From the IMG/VR virus record IMGVR_UViG_3300013093_000023, positions 62,001-124,550 of that record: a stretch of 62,550 bases of DNA; one strand, written 5' to 3'. The DNA is from an uncultured virus (IMG/VR IMGVR_UViG_3300013093_000023) (lineage: Duplodnaviria > Heunggongvirae > Uroviricota > Caudoviricetes). The notes under the pieces were generated by a model. It ran no database searches. It saw nothing but the letters and a program-made list of their open reading frames with translations, and had not been told where the DNA came from. The position numbers were made by a program, and so were the translations under genes. Shown in pieces: positions 56,239 through 62,550 of this stretch (position 1 is the first letter of the stretch; each line of letters begins with the position of its first letter).

Positions 56239-57365
56239 CGCAGGTAATCAATAATAGCTTCTGCTACCTGCTCTACTTCGCTGTCTAACAATTCTGGATA
56301 TATAGGCAAACTCAAACACTCTCTGCTAAATGCTGTTGATTCTCTAAACAGTTCTTTAGCATAGTCAATATAGTCGTAGCCCACTGGTAATTCAAATAAA
56401 GGTTTATCGTAGTGAAACTTTGTTTCAATGCCAGCCATTGCTAAACGTGCTTTAAGTCCGTGCCGCTCACCTAAACGAATAACAAACTTTGACCAAGCAC
56501 TATCAACTAACGGTCCGGGACCAACAATATCTACATACCCATCTAGTTGTTCTATATAGTAGTCAGCAATAGCAGTTCTACGCCGTTGCCACTCATCAAA
56601 ATAATTTAATTTAACCATCATTGCGGCACAGTCAGCTTCTGACATTTTACTATTAGTACCAAATCCTTGGTGTCCTAACAGTTTACCATTGTCACGTAGA
56701 TCCATTAGATCTTCGTAGATGCTATAACTGTCAGTTAAGATCATACCACCTGAACCGTAGTTGTTTAGATTTTTAGTAGGATCAAAACTTAATACACTAA
56801 CATCGCCTAGGCTACCCGAAGGGTGTCCGTTAAATTTAGCACCAAAACTTTGTGCGGCATCTTCGATAACAAATATATTATCATTGAAAAAATCTGTTTG
56901 TACACGCATACGATCGTAGTCAACGCAATGGCCAAATAGATTAGCATACATAATACAACCAACCCCGGCTCCAGCTAGAGCCATATCCATACTTTCTAAA
57001 TCAATCAAGGCATTGTGATCTGTGTCGCAGAATACCGGAATATGTTCGGCATATAGTACCGAATTGATTGTGGCGGCAAAACTCAATGTGGGAATTAAGA
57101 TTTTTGATGTTGCTGGTACACAGGCCTGCTGAGCAAATATTAGACCTTGAGTACAGCTATTAACAGCTACGGCAAATTTTCTATTACAACGATCGGCTAT
57201 TGCCTGTTCAAAGGCCCGGGTATGGGTTCCGTCTAAGACCTGACCTGTAAGGTATACTTCGTCTATGGCATCCATGATTTCATCACGGAGCTCTTTGTAT
57301 TGACGATCTACACCGAAGAAGGGGATTTTAGTTTCTTTTGCCAATATGGACTCTCTTGGAACCAA
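56235..57365 (-). CDS. DegT/DnrJ/EryC1/StrS PLP-dependent sugar aminotransferase
   Basis: VNSCTQGL, IEDAAQSFG, SFDPTKNL..YGSGG, LSLPIYP; true start possibly TTG 57344. Confidence 0.92.
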   Translation of the reverse strand: MVPRESILAKETKIPFFGVDRQYKELRDEIMDAIDEVYLTGQVLDGTHTRAFEQAIADRCNRKFAVAVNSCTQGLIFAQQACVPATSKILIPTLSFAATINSVLYAEHIPVFCDTDHNALIDLESMDMALAGAGVGCIMYANLFGHCVDYDRMRVQTDFFNDNIFVIEDAAQSFGAKFNGHPSGSLGDVSVLSFDPTKNLNNYGSGGMILTDSYSIYEDLMDLRDNGKLLGHQGFGTNSKMSEADCAAMMVKLNYFDEWQRRRTAIADYYIEQLDGYVDIVGPGPLVDSAWSKFVIRLGERHGLKARLAMAGIETKFHYDKPLFELPVGYDYIDYAKELFRESTAFSRECLSLPIYPELLDSEVEQVAEAIIDYLR

Positions 57366-58294
57366 CGATAATAACGCTCAAAGCCTTCAGCTACATCAAC
57401 CTCGGGATCAAAGTCAAACGCTTTACGTGCGCGATCAATTGACAATGCTCCACGTGAAGGGAAATCTGCGTCTTTGTTTCTAACTTCTACTGTACCTTGT
57501 CCGGCAATTTTAATAGCAAGACTGGCAGCCTGTAGTAAACTCATACTATGGCTCTTGGTAATGTTATATGTACCATTAACAGCCCGATCACTTAAGGTAG
57601 CCTGTACAATACCACGTGCGGCATCTTCTACATAGGTAAAGTCTAGTGTTTCATTGGCGCCATTTACCTTGAGAGTTTCTCCGCGCATAGCTGAGAGCAT
57701 AAACTTAGAGACGACTCGGTCTTCAACGTCGTATTCACCATATACAGCACTGGGACGGATAATAACGTGATCAAAACAACCACGGCGAGTATAGTCTTTA
57801 ACAAGGTTTTCTCCCATCAATTTCATAATACCGTATTGCCCCTGTGGGACACATATAGCATCTTCGCTAACATCGTTTTCAAAATCACCGTAGACCATTG
57901 AACTTGAAATATAAACAAACTTAGGAATATGATGACGTTTGGTTAGTTCTAATAAGTGTACTAGTCCAGTACCCATAACTTCAGCACCCCATACAGGATT
58001 GGCACTTACTACTTTTTGTCTCGGGAAACTTGCTAGATGTATAACAGCATCTACGCCAAAAGCAAAGTTAGTAAAAAAATTTTTTACTCGATCGTGCTCT
58101 CTTAGATCAATGTGGTGTGTGCTTGCTCGAATACGATCTCTACGAGCACGTGATAGATACAGTAACTCGTCTGCTGGAACAAATCCGTAATCGGTTACGC
58201 TGTCTAATATAAAACATTCGTGTCCTAGTTCTTCTAACTGACGTACTACGTTGTGACCAATAAAGCCGGCCCCGCCTGTGACTAGAAACTTCAT
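57308..58294 (-). CDS. NAD-dependent nucleotide-sugar epimerase/dehydratase (extended SDR)
   Basis: VTGGAGFIG, SSSMVYG, YGIMK, DFTYVED. Confidence 0.92.
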   Translation of the reverse strand: MKFLVTGGAGFIGHNVVRQLEELGHECFILDSVTDYGFVPADELLYLSRARRDRIRASTHHIDLREHDRVKNFFTNFAFGVDAVIHLASFPRQKVVSANPVWGAEVMGTGLVHLLELTKRHHIPKFVYISSSMVYGDFENDVSEDAICVPQGQYGIMKLMGENLVKDYTRRGCFDHVIIRPSAVYGEYDVEDRVVSKFMLSAMRGETLKVNGANETLDFTYVEDAARGIVQATLSDRAVNGTYNITKSHSMSLLQAASLAIKIAGQGTVEVRNKDADFPSRGALSIDRARKAFDFDPEVDVAEGFERYYRWFQESPYWQKKLKSPSSV

Positions 58295-59202
58295 ACTGCC
58301 ATTTCTGCTTGAATTGCTCCGTGGCTTGTGTAACCCTCTAAACTAATATCCGCCATGGTAAACTTAGTAATGTCTCGAACATCAGGATTTAAACGTAATT
58401 GTGGACCAGGTAATGGTTCACGTTGTAGTTGTTCTTTTACTTGTTCTACGTGATTTAGGTATATGTGTGCGTCACCAAGAACATGAACAAACTCCCCAAC
58501 CGCCAAATCGCACACTTGAGCTATAAGATGTGTTAACAAACTATAACTAGCGATATTAAAGGGTACACCTAAAAACATATCACAACTGCGTTGATACATT
58601 TGACAACTTAGTCGGCCGTCTTTACTAACATAAAATTGAGCAAGAATGTGGCACGGTGGCAGGGCCATGGCAGATAACTCACCAGGATTCCACGCGGATA
58701 GTATGTGTCGTCGTCCGTACGGATCATTCTTAATACCGTTGATCAGACCGTGTATTTGATCAACAGCACCTTCCTCAACACTAGTAGTTGATGTAAACCA
58801 ACTGCCAGTATCACTCTTAAAACTTTCACCAGAGTGTTTAATATAAGTTTTCCACTTACGCCATTGTACACCATATACGCGGCCTAGGTCTCCCTCAAAT
58901 TTAGCCTTAGGCTTCCAATATGGAGCCTGGGCATTTGGTGTCCAAATAGTTACGGTACCATCACTGGTACCGTGTGTGATTTCAGCCAAACGACGTTCAT
59001 CACCTGAGCCTTCCAGCATCCATAGTAGTTCACCTACACAGGCACGCCAGGCTAATTTTTTTGTAGTTACAGCTGGAAATGCGTCGGCTAGATTGTAGCG
59101 TTGTTGCATACCAAATAGGCCAATAGTGCCTACACCGGTACGGTCATCGCGTACTTCGCCTTGCTCAAGTACTTGCTTTAATGCGTTTAAATATTGAATC
59201 AT
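58291..59202 (-). CDS. thyA: Thymidylate synthase
   Basis: DRTGVGT, LPPCH, YQRSCDMFLGVPFNIASY, GDAHIY. Confidence 0.97.
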   Translation of the reverse strand: MIQYLNALKQVLEQGEVRDDRTGVGTIGLFGMQQRYNLADAFPAVTTKKLAWRACVGELLWMLEGSGDERRLAEITHGTSDGTVTIWTPNAQAPYWKPKAKFEGDLGRVYGVQWRKWKTYIKHSGESFKSDTGSWFTSTTSVEEGAVDQIHGLINGIKNDPYGRRHILSAWNPGELSAMALPPCHILAQFYVSKDGRLSCQMYQRSCDMFLGVPFNIASYSLLTHLIAQVCDLAVGEFVHVLGDAHIYLNHVEQVKEQLQREPLPGPQLRLNPDVRDITKFTMADISLEGYTSHGAIQAEMAV

Positions 59203-59671
59203 AGACCGTAAATGTTGATTGATGATCTAGACTTACTGATGCTCTCACAGGAGTAAATCCAGTTAAAAATTCTTTTAAATATACTCTAGTATCTACTTTA
59301 TACGAACCTTTGATGTGTGTCAAATAAATCCTATCCAATAATGGACGAGCCGCTTCTAATAGTTTAACACCACCGATTACAAATATGGTTTTATCTGGAT
59401 GGTCCGCTTCGACCTTTAATAGTCCTTGTTCTAAGTCACCGCTAATAGGCATAGCATAAGTTACTGGTCTATGAGTAGTAACGTATACTGTACGGTTGGG
59501 TAATGGCTTAGGCATTTTAGGATCATCCCAGGTCCGGCGTCCACATACTACAACGTGGCCGGTAGTGATCTTTTGGAAGTTAGCTAAATCTTCAGCATTG
59601 TGGGGCCAAGGCAATGAGCCATTAAGCCCCATACCGCCGTTGAAGTCAACGGCAAATATGGCATTAATCAT
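59165..59671 (-). CDS. folA: Dihydrofolate reductase
   Basis: GSLPWP, GRRTW, PLPNR, FVIGG; adjacent to thyA. Confidence 0.92.
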   Translation of the reverse strand: MINAIFAVDFNGGMGLNGSLPWPHNAEDLANFQKITTGHVVVCGRRTWDDPKMPKPLPNRTVYVTTHRPVTYAMPISGDLEQGLLKVEADHPDKTIFVIGGVKLLEAARPLLDRIYLTHIKGSYKVDTRVYLKEFLTGFTPVRASVSLDHQSTFTVYDSIFKRIKAST

Positions 59672-60027
59672 AAGTCTTTAAGTAGATTGTCTGTGAATGG
59701 TTGTACAACTTTAGCTACGCTGTCTACACTAATATGAAAATCAACATCAGTTATTACATCATCTAATGCTTTGAGTTTTTCATTAATTAGTTTTTCTACA
59801 TATCCAGGATCGGCACCTTCGTCGATCATTTCTTTGATATTGACATCGACACTGGTTCCGTCTTTGAGATTAACAGTAATATAAAGTAGTACGCCAATAG
59901 GAACTTGCTCTTTGTGTACTTCCTTGAGCAACTTTTCCCATTGGTCTTTACGGTTTAAATTAAGCCGCTTGCTTTTTACGAGTCGCGGTTTTTTTGGCGG
60001 GTTTTGTTGTGGCATCTTTATTGGCAA
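59668..60027 (-). CDS. Hypothetical protein
   Basis: Coupled to DHFR; start may be ATG 60015. Confidence 0.65.
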   Translation of the reverse strand: MPIKMPQQNPPKKPRLVKSKRLNLNRKDQWEKLLKEVHKEQVPIGVLLYITVNLKDGTSVDVNIKEMIDEGADPGYVEKLINEKLKALDDVITDVDFHISVDSVAKVVQPFTDNLLKDL

Positions 60028-60661
60028 ATTGGTTAGCTTCTTGTTCTAATCTTTTAGCTTCAGCTAAAAGTTGTTCGGCCTGTTTCTTCATTTGTGTAGC
60101 CTGGCTTAATCTTTGCTCAGCTATATCGCTGTCACTCAACACACCTTTTAAGTATGCGGCTGCAGAATCGGTAGCATCAACATCAATATTTGTGCGACTA
60201 ACACTTGTATTGTTTGGTGGCATACCAACTTCACGACCTTCAGGAATACGTTTCTTCTTGCCTGTAAAACCAACGTCTCTGTCAATGTCGGCTAGACGTT
60301 TAATAGCGGCTTCGCCTTGTTCCATTTCGTCTAGGATACTGTTTAATTCATCTAAACGCACACTTGATTTCATAGTCGGTGTAACTAAGACCTGGCTAGT
60401 AGGAACCTTCTTAATCATACCTTCTTTGTGTAATACTTCTAACGCATTACGACCATCAGCCATAACAGTACGGAATAATACATCACTGAACTCCGTAGCA
60501 TTTTGGCCAATTGGGCTTTCCAAGGCCTTCATAACTTCGTCATGAATCATGCGTGGAAGTGTGTCGCTATAGACTACCAAAGCCATATGATCTTCATTTG
60601 GAACTTTGCGCCATAGTACGACGATTTTTTTGTTGTTGTGTTTACCGACGTGTTTAATCAT
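59960..60661 (-). CDS. Hypothetical protein with C-terminal coiled coil
   Basis: AAGGA RBS upstream; MIKHVGKH start; basic tail. Confidence 0.75.
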   Translation of the reverse strand: MIKHVGKHNNKKIVVLWRKVPNEDHMALVVYSDTLPRMIHDEVMKALESPIGQNATEFSDVLFRTVMADGRNALEVLHKEGMIKKVPTSQVLVTPTMKSSVRLDELNSILDEMEQGEAAIKRLADIDRDVGFTGKKKRIPEGREVGMPPNNTSVSRTNIDVDATDSAAAYLKGVLSDSDIAEQRLSQATQMKKQAEQLLAEAKRLEQEANQFANKDATTKPAKKTATRKKQAA

Positions 60662-60675
60662 TTTGATTTTCCTTA

Positions 60676-60945
60676 TTATGCCGCTGGCAATTCCATACCG
60701 CTATCTGCGGCAGGTTGTTCAGCTGGCTGTTCACCGGCAGGTTGTTCAGCTGGTGGGGTTAAGGCACCACTGGCCTGTAGGAAAGCAACTAAGCGTTCGT
60801 ACAGTCCACCTACTTGTGTGAATTCTTCTGGTTTGAAAGCACCGCGTGTACTACAAATTTGTATTAGCTGTGCTGTTAATAGCAGGTCTGCTATTTTAAG
60901 TTGAACCGGCTCTTGTGCTGGTTGTTGTTCTACTGTATCTGACAT
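60676..60945 (-). CDS. Hypothetical protein with PAEQ repeats
   Basis: GGAG RBS; RGAFKPEE core. Confidence 0.75.
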   Translation of the reverse strand: MSDTVEQQPAQEPVQLKIADLLLTAQLIQICSTRGAFKPEEFTQVGGLYERLVAFLQASGALTPPAEQPAGEQPAEQPAADSGMELPAA

Positions 60946-60946
60946 A

Positions 60947-60993
60947 GTATCTCCGTAATAAACTATGCATATATTTAAGGTCTACGGAGGTAC
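60947..60993 (-). promoter_or_regulatory. RBS-sequestering hairpin with late promoter-like TTAAATA in the loop
   Basis: Minus strand GTACCTCCGTA...TACGGAGATAC arms (one mismatch); TTAAATA at 60978-60972. Confidence 0.6.
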
Positions 60994-61005
60994 CGGAAAA
61001 ATTTT

Positions 61006-61296
61006 TTAGAAGTCGAAATGGTTCTTATTAATTTGGTCCAAAATTAAAGCAAACATACTAGCTTCGCCGGGTATTTCAAAGGCCGCACACTTGATCAATT
61101 GTACGTTATTTTCATCGTCTTTATAGTAGCGATCGCCATACCAAAATCGTCCTTCTAGGTTGGCCCAGATCCAATCTGAGATTGTCTTTTCATTGGCTTT
61201 AATATCAAAGTCCACCTGTGTAAAATGAGGTGGACAATGTTCAAGATAACGTAATCCAAAAACAGCCAATGGATTAGCTTCGCCGTATTTAAGCAC
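61006..61296 (-). CDS. Hypothetical protein
   Basis: ORF in the minus-strand gene run. Confidence 0.7.
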   Translation of the reverse strand: MLKYGEANPLAVFGLRYLEHCPPHFTQVDFDIKANEKTISDWIWANLEGRFWYGDRYYKDDENNVQLIKCAAFEIPGEASMFALILDQINKNHFDF

Positions 61297-61600
61297 TGGC
61301 TTTGGCCTTACGTTTAGCTACAATAGACTTAGCAGTTTCTTCTGTAATACTGCCTTCAACAATAGTGTATTTGGTGTCTTTCTGATTGATTTCAGGCAAT
61401 ACCAGGCGGTCTTTTAACAGTTCTTCAGCGTCGCTGACAAAGACCTTAGTTACATCATATTGCTTGGTATACTGTGCGATTTCTACACTACGACTAAGAT
61501 CATCCAAACAATTTTCTAGTTTAAGAATACGTAGTTGTAGCTCTAGTGCGAGCTCACGTGCGACTTTGGGTTTTAGTTTGGTTGGGTCTTGAAATTTCAT
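61289..61600 (-). CDS. Hypothetical protein
   Basis: TAATG-coupled ORF. Confidence 0.7.
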   Translation of the reverse strand: MKFQDPTKLKPKVARELALELQLRILKLENCLDDLSRSVEIAQYTKQYDVTKVFVSDAEELLKDRLVLPEINQKDTKYTIVEGSITEETAKSIVAKRKAKASA

Positions 61601-61833
61601 TATTTGATTCCTAAAGTTGAGGGATTGTGATCTAATCTGTTACCATGCTCATCTGAGTAAAAGGTAGCATCCTTATCTGTTATTGTAACACATAAGTCAT
61701 TATGAAGCAAGTCATAATCGGTGAACTCAAAGGTGTCTGTATATACCCTGAATCGATATTGACCATCGGCACACCAAATTAGTATACCCTCAACTCCATC
61801 TGCTGATAGTTTCATTTTTTCAAAGTCTCCCAC
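61600..61833 (-). CDS. Hypothetical protein
   Basis: Probable start ATG 61815 (ATGA overlap). Confidence 0.65.
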   Translation of the reverse strand: MGDFEKMKLSADGVEGILIWCADGQYRFRVYTDTFEFTDYDLLHNDLCVTITDKDATFYSDEHGNRLDHNPSTLGIK

Positions 61834-62045
61834 ACAAGAGTTGGATCGTTTTTAGGTACAGCGGCCACACATTCAATATAACCTTTTTCTAATGCCTGTT
61901 GAATAGCAGTGGCTAAATTTCTTGGACAACCGGGCGTAATCAAAATGCCCGCACGGTTAGCTATAGTGAAGTCACCTTGTAGTTGAAAACTTGGATCACC
62001 TTTACGCAAAGTGACCCAAGGCGTTTCGCTTACAGAGAATATCAT
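61812..62045 (-). CDS. Hypothetical protein
   Basis: ATGA-coupled, GGAG RBS. Confidence 0.65.
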   Translation of the reverse strand: MIFSVSETPWVTLRKGDPSFQLQGDFTIANRAGILITPGCPRNLATAIQQALEKGYIECVAAVPKNDPTLVWETLKK

Positions 62046-62191
62046 TCTTCAACTCCAAAATGTTGTTTAAACAGGTCGAGCCGGATACTGTTATCTTTAT
62101 ACACACGAGATACTTCGACACCGTTCTCTACTACAGTGGTCATATTATCCCAGATGATGGTAGCACGATAGTTTAACTCTGGCTCGTTCAT
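62042..62191 (-). CDS. Hypothetical 49-aa protein ending HFGVEE
   Basis: Not in the ORF track; MNEPELNYRATIIWDNMTTVVENGVEVSRVYKDNSIRLDLFKQHFGVEE; ATGA overlaps at both ends. Confidence 0.7.
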   Translation of the reverse strand: MNEPELNYRATIIWDNMTTVVENGVEVSRVYKDNSIRLDLFKQHFGVEE

Positions 62192-62445
62192 TCCTCAACT
62201 CCGAAAACTGAAATTTTCTTAACCATATCACCTAACCGTAGTTCCACAGATAAACGACGCTCGTTTCCGTTAAACATTCCGTCGCTAACTACAGCCGTAT
62301 TAGCAATTTCATTAAACAATAACTCGGCGAACTTCTCTAATTGTTCTTCTGGAGTATAGTTGTCTATCATTTCTCTGCCACTATCATCCCAAAGTGTAAA
62401 TCCTATATCAGCATCAAGGGCAAGTTGTCGAATCCGCTTGTTCAT
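62188..62445 (-). CDS. Hypothetical protein, MNKRI...EKFAEL...FGVEE type
   Basis: AAGGA RBS; C-terminus shared with the next gene. Confidence 0.7.
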   Translation of the reverse strand: MNKRIRQLALDADIGFTLWDDSGREMIDNYTPEEQLEKFAELLFNEIANTAVVSDGMFNGNERRLSVELRLGDMVKKISVFGVEE

Positions 62446-62446
62446 A

Positions 62447-62550
62447 TCAATATCCTTCGTATTGTTCCAGTGTTCTTATTAGATCAGGTAATGCTCGCTT
62501 GTCTATGGTCAGGTAATATGGACCAATATCATCGTAGGCGTGTAATTGGA
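62447..62550 (-). CDS. 3' end of a hypothetical gene (5' truncated by the window)
   Basis: Open frame ...QLHAYDDIGPYYLTIDKRALPDLIRTLEQYEGY* ending 1 nt before ATG 62445. Confidence 0.5.
   Translation of the reverse strand, partial: QLHAYDDIGPYYLTIDKRALPDLIRTLEQYEGY

Noticed and set aside
58291..59202. thyA as a dCMP hydroxymethylase for DNA hypermodification
   Set aside because: It keeps the dUMP-specifying Asn in PFNIASY and is paired with DHFR, so it is an ordinary thymidylate synthase
1..62550. tRNA, rRNA, CRISPR array, integrase or IS element
   Set aside because: Intergenic gaps are nearly all under ~115 bp and none showed such structure by eye; tRNAscan/Infernal were not run

Overview
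This window is part of a large, AT-rich myovirus (jumbo-phage-like) genome with a T4-superfamily gene set, read in the standard genetic code. No tRNA, rRNA, CRISPR array, integrase or transposase was seen. Left end (minus strand): SbcC/gp46 (truncated by the window edge), SbcD/gp47 and a gp55-like late sigma factor. Next is a ~33 kb plus-strand baseplate/tail module: tube initiator, gp53-like wedge, hub, gp5-like spike, gp25, gp6, a 3952-aa structural protein and several fibres, driven by repeated (G/C)ATAAATA late promoters. A ~19 kb modification island follows, with glycosyltransferase-like genes, six radical SAM/Twitch enzymes, two SGNH proteins, a carbamoyltransferase and a kinase-nucleotidyltransferase fusion. 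The right end (minus strand) carries a DegT aminotransferase, an epimerase, thyA, DHFR and small genes. The most striking feature is at 27708-31436. One glycine-rich tail protein appears cut into three ORFs. Each break falls in a poly-Gly run followed by the same ~150-aa KIICT Cys domain with a hydrophobic tail, and each downstream piece restarts with oligo-Gly, once behind a GNAT gene and a 32-aa leader. This suggests a phage protein cleavage/ligation or lipidation system, or a Gly-codon-targeting insertion. All product calls come from motifs read by eye and recalled family knowledge; no database search was run.
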